Source: Desulfosalsimonadaceae bacterium (lineage in GTDB: Bacteria; Desulfobacterota; Desulfobacteria; Desulfobacterales; Desulfosalsimonadaceae). From it: a DNA stretch of 47,623 bases. The translations under genes and the position numbers were made by a program. The notes beneath the pieces are model-generated. The model did no database searches, was not told the origin of the DNA, and saw only the letters and a program-made list of their open reading frames with translations. Location of the stretch: NCBI GenBank assembly GCA_035312245.1, contig DATGCF010000257.1:1-47623 (forward strand), given 5' to 3'. Of the stretch, positions 9,224 through 18,927 are shown piece by piece. The number at the start of each line of letters is the position of its first letter. Position 1 is the stretch's first letter.

Positions 9224-9757
9224 TTACTCGGCATATTCACCGACATCTCCCTTTTTTAAAAACGACTCGATTTCATTTTTTAAGATCGACATGGAAAGCA
9301 CCTGATCCAGCGCTTCCCGGCTTTGCTTCGGGGTGCCGGTTTTTTCCGCATACGCTTGGGCCTCAGGTGAGAGTCCCCGGATACTGCGGGCGCTGTCAGC
9401 GGCATCGGTTTCAACCGAGCTGCCGCCTAAACCACCGAGTAACCCGCCAAGCCCGCCCCCTTCATCCTTTTTTTCGCCCTCTGGGACGTCGGGTTGGATA
9501 TCAGACACCTTCCCCCGGTAGACCCAGCCGGTTTGGTCATCTTTGGTGGTCACCTGATACCAGCGGGATTCATATTGCTGAACCGAAAGTTCGGTCCCCC
9601 GTTGCAGTGTGGTAATGGTATCAGAAGAGATTGAGCGTTCGGCCTTTAAATCCGCGCTTTCCGAGGTAACCCAAAGGGTTTCCTGGGCAGCCGCAGAAGT
9701 TACCACGGCCAGGCAAAACAGAATTAGATAAAAAATCGGTTTAATGCGTATTTTCAT
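9224..9757 (-). CDS. Secreted bacterial SH3-domain protein with a Gly-rich linker
   Basis: I prefer the internal start MKIRIKPIFYLILFCLAVVTSAAAQE (ATG 9755-9757, AGGGGG Shine-Dalgarno upstream) over the track start at 9853, which would overlap the CHAT gene. The SH3_3-like core is LWVTSESADLKAERS...GTELSV...WYQVTT...GWVYRGKVS, followed by GGGLGGLLGGLGG. Confidence 0.7.
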   Translation of the reverse strand: MKIRIKPIFYLILFCLAVVTSAAAQETLWVTSESADLKAERSISSDTITTLQRGTELSVQQYESRWYQVTTKDDQTGWVYRGKVSDIQPDVPEGEKKDEGGGLGGLLGGLGGSSVETDAADSARSIRGLSPEAQAYAEKTGTPKQSREALDQVLSMSILKNEIESFLKKGDVGEYAE

Positions 9758-9785
9758 TTTGCCCCCTGATTTATGCAGCTTCTCA

Positions 9786-12700
9786 TCATTTAAAATCCCC
9801 CACCAGCGTAAACGCCCCCCAATAGCCCGGATGGGGATACCGGTCTTTGACATGCCGGGCGGCGGCGCGCAGACTGTCCGCCTTATTGTTTTCCGTATAC
9901 CGGCGGTAGAAAGTCTTAATCAGCATGGCGGTAGAGACATCGCTTACCCGCCAGAGGCTTGAGATGATCGTATGGGTACCGGCATAAAAAAACGACCGGT
10001 TCAGACCAATGATTTCATCTCCGGCCTTTACTTTACCCAGTCCGGTCTGACATGCACTTAAACATACCATATCTGCCCGAATATCCAAGCCGAAAACTTC
10101 AGCTGCCCGCAGATCCCCGTCAGTTTTGATGTTTGTAAAGCTTTGTGCATCTGCCGCCCGGCTTAGCTTGATGGCAGACATCAGCGGATTGATGGGATCA
10201 AACTCCCCGTGGGAGGCGATGTGGATGATATCAAACCGGGCGATATTTTCCACCACCCAGGCTTCAGTCGCCTTGTCCCGGGTGAGGAGGGTGATTTCCG
10301 GAAAATTCCAGTGAATGGAGTTGACCTCCTGCTCGGCAAAGGGCAGCTCCAGCGCCGGATTGCCCAGATCCGGGTTGCCGATGGCAAGGACCTCAAGCTG
10401 GAGCTTTGGCCGCTTGATCCGCCGGGGCAGGGTGTAGTCGAGCACACTGGCGCTCGGCAGATAAAAGAGCGAGAATCGGTCAACCAGAAAATCTCCTCCG
10501 CTATAAAGGGTGGCAAAGGATAGATAATGCAAAGACCCGTGGGGGATGATGCCCACGGTATGGATGCCCTCAAGTGCGTCCCTGACCGGTGCGATCAACC
10601 GGTCGTAGAGCTTGCTGGAATGGGTCTCATAGGGCTCCAGATTTTGAATGATCCGCCGGTATTCAAGTACCCGGCTGTTTAACCGGTCTTGATCCGACGG
10701 GATGCGGAAAAGCTGGATGCGGCCGTCATCTGAGCCCGTGTTTGTATTTCTCAAAACCCAGCACAGGATTTCATTATCCAGCACATAATAGGACAAAAGA
10801 GCGGCCCCCGCCTCCAGGCGCCCGACAATTTTATCGGCACTCACCGGAGGGATGGAAATAAGTGTCGAAAGCCGGGGATGTTTGGCCTGAATATCGAGCA
10901 TCAGGTTTTGCCGCTCATTTTTGAGCTCTTTGAGCCCCTCCTGGTAGGCCTTGACTTCAGCCGTATTTTCGGCAGTGGCCAGAAGCTGTTGGGTGGCCTC
11001 GATCTCGCCAGCCAGGGTGGCTTGTTTGTCGTAGAGCTCAGCTTCAACCTTGCTTCCCAACGACACCCGCTGAGTGCCCAAAAGGTCGATAAAATTTCGG
11101 GATCGGGACCGCTCCGCGATTTCAAACGCCGCTTCTGGTTTTTCCATATCCGCCAGCAGCTTGACCAGATCTTTATACACGTCAAGCCGGTTTTGCATGA
11201 AGTTTTCCTTAAGCTCTTTTACTTTTATGGCCGAGCGCATGGACTCGATAATTTCAATCGCATCGCGAAGATAGGCGGCAGCCGCATCCTGATTGTTTTC
11301 AAGCCCAAGGCGCACCCGGCCCAGGCCGTAAAGCGCCCGCCAGTGGGTTTCCTTTATCCGCATTTGCGTTGACAGGTTAAGCGCCTGGTCATAGGCACCT
11401 TTGGCGGAGTCATAGTTATCCAGGGCGAGCTGCGCATTCCCCTTGCCCAGCAATGCCTTGGCCGCGTTTATCTGGTTGCCGATGGCATTGGATAACCGAA
11501 ACGCTTCATCAAAAAGCGGCGCCGCGGTCTTGGGCTGGTCCATTTTCAGATAGGTCAGCCCCTTGTTCCGATAGTCATAAGCCATGGCCCATTTGGATTG
11601 GAGCTCCGTATCAATGGCCAGGGCTTGATCAAAGATTTCCAGGGCTTTCTCATAATCGCCCCGCTCCCGGTGCACCAGACCGATATTGTTCAGCGTGGAG
11701 GCGACTTCATCCGGCCGGATATCAAGCTGCCGAGCTTGTTTTAGCGCGATTTCCATCTCGGTCAGGGCTTTTTCGTAGTTGCCCAGAGACCACCAGATCA
11801 GCCCGGCGGTATTTTTCGAGATCACTTCCAATAAGGGATAGTCCTGGTTGGCAGCCAGTTGATAGCACTCCCGCTGAAGTTTGAAGGCCGTCTCAAAATC
11901 GCCCTGAAACCAGGCGTTGTTTGCCTGTTCGATGATAATTTTCGCTTTAAGCCGCCGTTCTCTGGCTGTTTTGCCGGAAACCATGGAAAACGCCTGCTCA
12001 TAATGGGTCTTGGCTTTGGGGAAAACACCCAGCAGGCGATAGCATCGGCCGATATTCAGTCGGGCTTCGGCGGTTTTTTCCGGGTTGCCCATCTCCTTAT
12101 ACAGGGCAAGCGATTTTTCATAGTGGCGGATGGCCTCAGGGTAGCGGTTTAAGCGGAGATCATGGATGCGGCCGATGTTTAGATGCTGGGCGGCAAGCAT
12201 CTGGCGGTCATTGATGTCCCGGCTTAATTCGGCCGCTTTTTGAAACCGGCTTAGCGCGGATTCATAATGGGTGGCATTCTCCAGAACCACCCCCAGATCC
12301 TTCATGGCGGCGGCCAGCTTCTGATCCGCGCCCAGCATGGAAAACATATCCACTGCCGTCTCGATCACCGGCACGGCCCGGTCATATTGGCTTTTCCGGG
12401 CATGGATGAGGCCCAGGGTCAGCATGGCCTCGGCATGGGCGCGGCTGTCCGGCTTTTCGGCTTCGAGTATTTCTGTAAGTTTCTCTGCAAACGTAAGCGC
12501 CTTTTCCAGATGTCCCGCCTGATAGGCGGATTCCCGGCCAAACTGGTACAGGGCCGGCAGGTATTGGCTGTAATCCGGAACCTTAGAAGCGATGGATACG
12601 GCATGCTCAAAATTGACCAGCGCTTCTTTCGGGCTGCCGTTATCAAAGGCTGAGCGGCCGGCCTTGATATAGGCAATAAAGTTTTTTCTGGCAAATTCGG

Positions 12701-15700
12701 CGGATTCATCCGGTGTCATGCCGGCATCCCCGATATAAAGCGGCCGGAAAGGTTGGCCAGCCATGGCAATGGCATCAAAGGGGGTCATCTCCATATATCC
12801 GCTCAATAAATCCGCAATCCGGGTCTTTTCCTCGGAAAACGGCTGTTTAAGCAGGATAAGGCTCGGGCACCCGTAAATCGCAAACAAATGGGCGATGCGA
12901 TCGATTTCCGATGCCGGGGGATTGGATACAACAGATAGCGTCAGACTTGAAGTCTGCGAAAGCAGATCCGTCAGAGGCAGACGCTTTCCAGATCCCGTAT
13001 AAACCGCCAGAAACGATTCGGCTGATTCCCCGGCATTGGTGGGGACGGTCGAAACCCGGGCCAAAGCATGAGGCATGATAAGGGTATTTGCGGCGCTCAG
13101 CGTATATGAATCATTGACAGCGGACCGGTCTGCCCCGTCTTCCCAATTCATGACCTTAAACAGATCCGCCAAACCGCTTAAACCGAACTCATCCGATATG
13201 CTGAGAAGATGCTGTTTAAAGGGTTTTTTACTGGAAAGACAGCGATACAGATGAGTTCCGCTTAAGGCCTGCGGACAGGGTTGTTCCGGATCAAAGGCCA
13301 ACGGGGCTTCATAGGCAATATAGGCCGACTGTTCAGGGTCGAATTCAGACAGAGTTTGTTTGATGGCATCCATATTTTTGGCGGTATTAACAGAAAGGCT
13401 CTCCGGTGTCACAATGAAGACCATGTATGCAGGCTCGGGCCTGCCGGTGGGAAATATCCGGAGCATGGCCTCGTCCTCTCCCAGGGCATCCATTACATCC
13501 ATTGCCTCGGCGGGCCGGGGGCTTAAAAAATCCATAAAATCCGATGACATAACGCTGTCGCCGTTTTGGATGCGCGCCGGGAGGGTGCGGCAGGTGGAGA
13601 TAAGCTCCTCATAGCGCGAGCGAAGCCCGGAAAGTTTATCCATATCCGGATTTTCCGACTGGTTTTCTGCTGCCAGTTGATCAGCGATTTTTTCCGCCTG
13701 AATGGACGCACCCAGGATCATCATGACTTGGTGTTGGGTGTCTTTGTTTTTAATTTGCCGGATAAGATCCGGCAAATTCTCGGTCTCAGATGCCAGAAGC
13801 GACTTTTCACGGTCAAGCCGTTCTTTGATATACGGCTTTCTATCCGGATCCGCAGCATCCAGTTCGGTTTGATAGGTGCGTATCCGCTCAAGCCGCGGAT
13901 ACACATTCTCATAAAATGCGGCTTCGTTTTTCCCGGCCGGCTGGATATGCTCTGCCGTCCGGTTGAAGCGCTCCAGTTCGGCAATTTGTTCGGCCAGGTT
14001 AAAGGCGGCTTCCGCGTTTTCCGTTTTAAGCGTCTTGAAAACCAGCGGGCTGAATGGGTTTAAAATTTCCATGGACTGACAGCCGGCCCGGGCCGGGCTT
14101 ATATTCCGGAGCACGGAGAAGGCTGCTTCAAGCCGCCCCAGTCCGGCAAGGGCCCGCCATTTGTAATCCGGAAGGACGCCTTCTTCCGCGGCGGAAAGGG
14201 CTTTTTCAAAATGTTCATCCGCTGTTTGGCTTTCTTTCAGCCGATGGGCGAGGGCTGCGAGATTCAAATTCAGCCGGGCTTGAACTGCATAAGCCTCCCG
14301 GGCCGGCTGCAGGGCCGTTTGCCCGCAAAGTTCAAGGCCTGCCGTAAAATGGCCGGCCGCAAGGATGAGGCGGTTCATCTTCTTAACCGCAGCGTCGGCA
14401 TCCGCCCCAAACAAACGGCCGGCCGTCGCGGCATAGGCCACGCCCATGTGATTGTGGTATTCAGCCAGGCGAAGGGAGTTTTGGGTGGCAGCCGAGGCCT
14501 CAAGCAGGTCCCGGGTCTTACCATCCAGGGCCTCAAATCTTTTTATCCGGGTATCTGTCAACCCGCGGCCCGGCTTTTCCGTTGGGCGCATGGCTTCCAT
14601 TCCCGCGGCCATGTTGGTAAGATTCATGGCCGCGCTGACCGGGGCCTGCATTTTAAGACAGAGCTCAGCTGAATAGGCGAACCGGTCAAAGGCTGTCTCC
14701 GGCTCGTCCATGGCATGGGCCAGAAGTCCGGCCCGGTGATAAAGAAGCGCCACGCCGTAGCGGTCGTTTTCGGAAACGGTATCGCCCATGGGGTATTCGT
14801 CTAACTGTTTGTCAATATGGGCGCGGGCGGCCGCCAGGTCCCCCAATTCAAGACGGATGCGTGCGATAAAAGTTTCCGCCAGGCGCTTTTCCTGGACTTC
14901 AGAGAATCCGTGGGCCGCCTCAGTGGCGCCCGAGGTATCCAGGGCGGTTTGAAAGGAAATATCGAAGAGGGCCTGTTTTTTCTTTTTCTTCTTCTCCGGT
15001 TTGGGCACTCCGTGGGCGTTGATCAGCTCCGGTACCTTTTGGAACTCTTCGGCAGCGGTTTCAAGCAGGCGCCGCCGCTTGGCCCCGGTAAAGGTCCGGG
15101 CATGGTGATAGGTGTTATAAGCGACGGCCCGCCGGTTTCTGGCCAGATTTCGGGTCAGGCCCTGTTTTTGATTGAGGAGAAACGCTTTCTTAAATGCAAC
15201 AACGGCACATTCCCAATCTTCAAGTTCCTGGCACACAAGCCCCAGCCGGTCGGCCATTTCCGTTTTAAGGGTGACCAACTGTTCCGGCAAGGAAAGGGCA
15301 GACTCGATTTTTTGGGTCATCGAACCCAGCGTACCGGCAGGGTTATCCATAAACGCCCGGCATTGCCCGTCAGCACATGCGGTATTCACTGCTTCGGCGA
15401 GGTCGGCCGCGGATTTATTGACCGTCCGCTGCTTATCCAGCATCTGCTGGATGCCGGACTTATATTGGTCCCACGCATCACTTGGCGGCGCTTTGGCAGA
15501 ATTGGCGAGTTGGGCCACCTGGTCACTGATTTCCGCCTGGTCTTTGGCAATGGTTTTGGCGCGGGCTTCCAATCGCGGGAGTTTAAGGGCCGGGGCAATG
15601 ATCCGGTCCCGGACCAGCCGGTGCAAATGATCAAAACTTTTGGCAGCAGTCAGCGGCGCCATCCGCTGATCAATTTTGTCAAGTGCCCGCGTATACGCGG

Positions 15701-18341
15701 TTTTGGCCTGTTTTGCGGCGTTGGCCTGAAAGGCGCATTCCCCCAGCCGTTTGTAAAAAATGATTTCCGTATTTGGATCTGAAAAGGCAGCCTCCCGGGC
15801 GAGGCGTTTGGTGTAGAACTCGAGGCCCTTGCCGTATTGGCCGAGCAGATAAAATGCGTTTCCGATGTTTAGTTCCAGGTTGGCGGCATTTTCCGGGTTG
15901 GCGTCCGGATCATTTAAAAAATAGGCTTTTTTATAGGATTCCAGGGCGTGTTCAAGCTGCTGCGGCCTGCCGTAAACCGTTTCCGAGACTTCATAAATAT
16001 AGCCCAGGGTTTGATGGAAATATTCGATATGCCCGTTTAAGCGGACCGCCTGTTCAACCAGTTTTCGGGCCTCTTCAACGGTCTCTTCGGTTTCAAGATA
16101 TGTCAGGGCAAGTCCCGTGGTATAGAGCCGGATCGGCTCGTTCGGGTGCTGCTCAAGTTTTCGGCGATAGTCGGCCAGTATTTGCTTTATATCGCCGGCA
16201 GCGGCCGCACATTTGATGTAGCCCCGATGCGCCGGGATGATGGTTTCGTCATAGTCGATCAGTTCTTTGAAGGTGTTTCTGGCAGACGGAATCTCGCCCA
16301 GCCGGTACAGAAATTCTCCGGAAGATACGGTTTTGCGGATATACCCGTTTCTAGCCAGTTGATAGATACGATCCGTTGACGGTCGCAGCGAAATCTCCTT
16401 TTCGTAAAGATCAAGCGCCTGTCTGAACCGTTCTTCCTGGTAAAGAAGCTCTGCCAGCGAAAACCGGGCGGCGGCCGCCGGGGTGTTCATTTCAGTGAAG
16501 CTCTCAATAACGGTTTGGTAGGCGGATTTGGCGCTGTCCAGGTCACCGGCCGTATAATAGAGGTCGCCGATGCGATTGAATGCGGCCATGGCCAGCACCG
16601 GCATATCCTTACGGCTTTTTTCCGCCATCCGGCGGAGATTAGTGATTTTCATTTGTCTGGAGGCATCCGGAATTTCAGCGAGCGCCATATCAAGCAGGCG
16701 ATTGACGGCATCATTCGACCAGGGGCGCTGATCCGGGAAACGTTTTAAAAGACGGCGATAAACCGTATTAGCCGTCTCGGTAATACCGGCCTGCTGATAG
16801 GCCGCCCCCTTTAAAAACAGGGCCTGGGCCGTCTGGGATGGCGGGAGCTGAGATTCACCAGTGATTGGATCCAGCCACTGCATGAGGGTCAGGATTTCAG
16901 CAGCCCCCTGGTTTTCGGCTAACACCAGGCGGGATTTGGCAAATGCGGCCGCTGCCTGGACAGCAATTTTTTTGCCGGCCGCAAACTGGTCAATTTTTTG
17001 AATCGTCTGATCCAGAATTTTTTTTCGCCGTCTTTTTATGGCCGCCTGACGGATTTTTTGCATGCCCGTAAGCCTTATCGCCTGGATGGATGCCACCGGA
17101 CCTTCCGGGGTGACGTCCGGATAGGTCTCTGCGACATGGTCATAGGCTTGCCGGGCGGCATGATGGAAATTTAGGCGCTCAAAAAAATCGCCAATAGCAT
17201 AGCCGGCTTGGGCAGCGACCGGTCCATTATCGGCAAAAGCTTCCATGACCCGGTAATAGGCAAGCAGGGACAGGTAAGGTTCAGCCGGGATGCGGCCCGC
17301 GACCTCCCGGGCAAGTTCAAGCTGGGCCCCGGCTGTTTTCATTATGGGAATACGGCCGGACCTGGGCAATGACCAGCAGTTGACGACAGTCGCCCGGTCC
17401 GACAAATAGAATAACCGATCCCCGCGCACCTGGGGATGCATCGCCGAATGGTTCAATGGCGTCAGGGGGCATGCCCGGGCATTTGCCGCTTCCGCCGGGA
17501 TTCGGCAGATGACGGAATGATCAGAACCCGTTGAACTGCCGTCTTGGTTAGTGTCCGCATCGATCCGGGAAAAGTAAATGCGCATCCCGGCCGGTCCCCA
17601 GACGGGAGACCGGTCAATGGCCGGTCCGCCGGTGATCTGGCGGGTTTTTCCGCTTTTAAGATCATAGGTAAATATATCGCCCGACGCATCTTTCCGAAAA
17701 GTGACGAATGCCAGTTTTTGGCCGTTTGGCGAAACCGCCGCAGACATGGCGTCACCGCCGACATTAATGGGTTCGGCAGACGCGTCCGGGTGGCTGAGAT
17801 CAAGGCTGACCAGATGATTTTGGCCGTTTGATTTTGCCTGGTGAAAATAAAGCCGATTACCTTCTGATGAGAACCAAGGGCTGTCATCCGCTGAATCACG
17901 GCCGGTTAAGCGCACCGGCGGTCTATCGGGGGTTTTTAGGTTTAGGAGAAAAATATCGCCTTTGGCATCAAACCGGGTGTCCACATAAGCGAGCTGTTTG
18001 CCGTCCGGAGACAGGGCAGGGGCGCGCTTGGTCGAAGGGGTGGGGGCGAGTTTGCGCGGCAGTTTAAAGGCCGCCGGGTCGGCGGAGCCGATCCATAGGG
18101 TAGATGCCGTCCGGCCGCCGGTGACATAGACAATATCTTTGCCGTCGGCTGACACCGCCATATCCAGAACCGGTTCGGTTTCTGCGGTAACTTGAAGCGG
18201 CGGGACAACCCGGCTTTTATTGTCAGCCCGGGCATGGGCGAGAGTCAGCAGAACGGCCAGAAATAGCCACACGCCGGTGGTGAAGCCCACAATTTTATGT
18301 AATCCATGCATCCTCATCAGGATGCGTTCTTGGTTTTCCAT
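9786..18341 (-). CDS. Giant (about 2850 aa) signal-anchored protein with TolB/PD40-like beta-propeller repeats, a long TPR array and a C-terminal CHAT (caspase-like) peptidase domain
   Basis: The N-terminal hydrophobic segment is GFTTGVWLFLAVLLTLAHA. PD40-type repeats include SPDGKQLAYV, SPNGQKLAFV and DRSPVWGPAG. Dozens of TPR-like repeats follow. The C-terminus carries the caspase-fold dyad IIHIASHGEF (His codon 10209-10211) and MVCLSACQTGLG (Cys codon 10050-10052). An alternative start at 18317 forms a TGATG overlap with the upstream stop. Confidence 0.85.
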   Translation of the reverse strand: MENQERILMRMHGLHKIVGFTTGVWLFLAVLLTLAHARADNKSRVVPPLQVTAETEPVLDMAVSADGKDIVYVTGGRTASTLWIGSADPAAFKLPRKLAPTPSTKRAPALSPDGKQLAYVDTRFDAKGDIFLLNLKTPDRPPVRLTGRDSADDSPWFSSEGNRLYFHQAKSNGQNHLVSLDLSHPDASAEPINVGGDAMSAAVSPNGQKLAFVTFRKDASGDIFTYDLKSGKTRQITGGPAIDRSPVWGPAGMRIYFSRIDADTNQDGSSTGSDHSVICRIPAEAANARACPLTPLNHSAMHPQVRGDRLFYLSDRATVVNCWSLPRSGRIPIMKTAGAQLELAREVAGRIPAEPYLSLLAYYRVMEAFADNGPVAAQAGYAIGDFFERLNFHHAARQAYDHVAETYPDVTPEGPVASIQAIRLTGMQKIRQAAIKRRRKKILDQTIQKIDQFAAGKKIAVQAAAAFAKSRLVLAENQGAAEILTLMQWLDPITGESQLPPSQTAQALFLKGAAYQQAGITETANTVYRRLLKRFPDQRPWSNDAVNRLLDMALAEIPDASRQMKITNLRRMAEKSRKDMPVLAMAAFNRIGDLYYTAGDLDSAKSAYQTVIESFTEMNTPAAAARFSLAELLYQEERFRQALDLYEKEISLRPSTDRIYQLARNGYIRKTVSSGEFLYRLGEIPSARNTFKELIDYDETIIPAHRGYIKCAAAAGDIKQILADYRRKLEQHPNEPIRLYTTGLALTYLETEETVEEARKLVEQAVRLNGHIEYFHQTLGYIYEVSETVYGRPQQLEHALESYKKAYFLNDPDANPENAANLELNIGNAFYLLGQYGKGLEFYTKRLAREAAFSDPNTEIIFYKRLGECAFQANAAKQAKTAYTRALDKIDQRMAPLTAAKSFDHLHRLVRDRIIAPALKLPRLEARAKTIAKDQAEISDQVAQLANSAKAPPSDAWDQYKSGIQQMLDKQRTVNKSAADLAEAVNTACADGQCRAFMDNPAGTLGSMTQKIESALSLPEQLVTLKTEMADRLGLVCQELEDWECAVVAFKKAFLLNQKQGLTRNLARNRRAVAYNTYHHARTFTGAKRRRLLETAAEEFQKVPELINAHGVPKPEKKKKKKQALFDISFQTALDTSGATEAAHGFSEVQEKRLAETFIARIRLELGDLAAARAHIDKQLDEYPMGDTVSENDRYGVALLYHRAGLLAHAMDEPETAFDRFAYSAELCLKMQAPVSAAMNLTNMAAGMEAMRPTEKPGRGLTDTRIKRFEALDGKTRDLLEASAATQNSLRLAEYHNHMGVAYAATAGRLFGADADAAVKKMNRLILAAGHFTAGLELCGQTALQPAREAYAVQARLNLNLAALAHRLKESQTADEHFEKALSAAEEGVLPDYKWRALAGLGRLEAAFSVLRNISPARAGCQSMEILNPFSPLVFKTLKTENAEAAFNLAEQIAELERFNRTAEHIQPAGKNEAAFYENVYPRLERIRTYQTELDAADPDRKPYIKERLDREKSLLASETENLPDLIRQIKNKDTQHQVMMILGASIQAEKIADQLAAENQSENPDMDKLSGLRSRYEELISTCRTLPARIQNGDSVMSSDFMDFLSPRPAEAMDVMDALGEDEAMLRIFPTGRPEPAYMVFIVTPESLSVNTAKNMDAIKQTLSEFDPEQSAYIAYEAPLAFDPEQPCPQALSGTHLYRCLSSKKPFKQHLLSISDEFGLSGLADLFKVMNWEDGADRSAVNDSYTLSAANTLIMPHALARVSTVPTNAGESAESFLAVYTGSGKRLPLTDLLSQTSSLTLSVVSNPPASEIDRIAHLFAIYGCPSLILLKQPFSEEKTRIADLLSGYMEMTPFDAIAMAGQPFRPLYIGDAGMTPDESAEFARKNFIAYIKAGRSAFDNGSPKEALVNFEHAVSIASKVPDYSQYLPALYQFGRESAYQAGHLEKALTFAEKLTEILEAEKPDSRAHAEAMLTLGLIHARKSQYDRAVPVIETAVDMFSMLGADQKLAAAMKDLGVVLENATHYESALSRFQKAAELSRDINDRQMLAAQHLNIGRIHDLRLNRYPEAIRHYEKSLALYKEMGNPEKTAEARLNIGRCYRLLGVFPKAKTHYEQAFSMVSGKTARERRLKAKIIIEQANNAWFQGDFETAFKLQRECYQLAANQDYPLLEVISKNTAGLIWWSLGNYEKALTEMEIALKQARQLDIRPDEVASTLNNIGLVHRERGDYEKALEIFDQALAIDTELQSKWAMAYDYRNKGLTYLKMDQPKTAAPLFDEAFRLSNAIGNQINAAKALLGKGNAQLALDNYDSAKGAYDQALNLSTQMRIKETHWRALYGLGRVRLGLENNQDAAAAYLRDAIEIIESMRSAIKVKELKENFMQNRLDVYKDLVKLLADMEKPEAAFEIAERSRSRNFIDLLGTQRVSLGSKVEAELYDKQATLAGEIEATQQLLATAENTAEVKAYQEGLKELKNERQNLMLDIQAKHPRLSTLISIPPVSADKIVGRLEAGAALLSYYVLDNEILCWVLRNTNTGSDDGRIQLFRIPSDQDRLNSRVLEYRRIIQNLEPYETHSSKLYDRLIAPVRDALEGIHTVGIIPHGSLHYLSFATLYSGGDFLVDRFSLFYLPSASVLDYTLPRRIKRPKLQLEVLAIGNPDLGNPALELPFAEQEVNSIHWNFPEITLLTRDKATEAWVVENIARFDIIHIASHGEFDPINPLMSAIKLSRAADAQSFTNIKTDGDLRAAEVFGLDIRADMVCLSACQTGLGKVKAGDEIIGLNRSFFYAGTHTIISSLWRVSDVSTAMLIKTFYRRYTENNKADSLRAAARHVKDRYPHPGYWGAFTLVGDFK

Positions 18342-18907
18342 GATCCATCTTCAGCCTGTATTTTGACCCCTTCGGCCGCATTTTCAGCATGAATCCCGGC
18401 AAAGACCTTCTGCACCCGGGGCATATCCGATTCCTTTAAATTTTCATTCATATAAATCACGCGTTCCATAAGGACCTTTCGGGCGGAATTGACCCGGGAG
18501 ATCACATAATCAAACTCGGATTCCGAAAACCGCTCGGCAAAAGGCTTCAGATCCGCAGGGACATTTCCCTTTTTCATGGCAAACGGTTCAATATAGCCCT
18601 GGTTGTTCTCCCCGACCCAGCCCAGCCGCTTGAATGCTTCCAGATCGTCGGCATGAAAATCAAGGGTCTGCATGGCGGTGATGGCGTCTTTGTATTCCCG
18701 GCTGTGCCTGGGCGGCTCGCTGATTGTACCGCTTTCATCCACCCCTCTGACCGATGCGGCGAGAAGCATTTGGGCATCCAGGGAGTTATAAGTCCCCAGT
18801 ACCTGATTTTCCAAAGCGGTGCGTTCGCTCACCATTTCCACGTTGACCTGTGCCAGCGTGCAGCCGGTGAGAAGCGTCAAAAGCAAAATACAGATTGCCT
18901 GTTTCAT
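18317..18907 (-). CDS. Lipoprotein with a YdbL-like (DUF1318) domain
   Basis: 196 aa with the lipobox LLTGC. The motif KRLGWVGENNQGYIE and the C-terminal GVKIQAEDGSWKTK resemble the DUF1318/YdbL pattern, from memory rather than a search. Its position directly after a YdbH-like gene mirrors the E. coli ydbH-ynbE-ydbL order. Confidence 0.45.
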   Translation of the reverse strand: MKQAICILLLTLLTGCTLAQVNVEMVSERTALENQVLGTYNSLDAQMLLAASVRGVDESGTISEPPRHSREYKDAITAMQTLDFHADDLEAFKRLGWVGENNQGYIEPFAMKKGNVPADLKPFAERFSESEFDYVISRVNSARKVLMERVIYMNENLKESDMPRVQKVFAGIHAENAAEGVKIQAEDGSWKTKNAS

Positions 18908-18927
18908 GGGATGATTCCTTCCAAATT

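Noticed and set aside
9758-9853. 32-codon N-terminal extension of the SH3 gene (track start 9853)
   Set aside because: It would overlap the CHAT gene 3' end by 68 nt. The internal ATG at 9755-9757 has a good SD and is followed directly by a signal peptide.
14976-14995. T/C homopolymer-rich run (encodes KKKKKKK on the minus strand) as a possible slippage or phase-variation site in the giant gene
   Set aside because: The reading frame is intact through it, and the tract is interrupted (ttttttctttttcttcttct) rather than a pure homopolymer. There is no evidence of a frameshifted alternative product.
14817-15782. 321-aa plus-strand ORF, with many shorter ones between 10126 and 18235 on either strand
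   Set aside because: All lie inside the 8.5-kb CHAT/TPR ORF, either antisense to it or same-strand but out of frame. Their composition is low-complexity Gly/Arg/Pro-rich, typical of shadow frames in a long gene.
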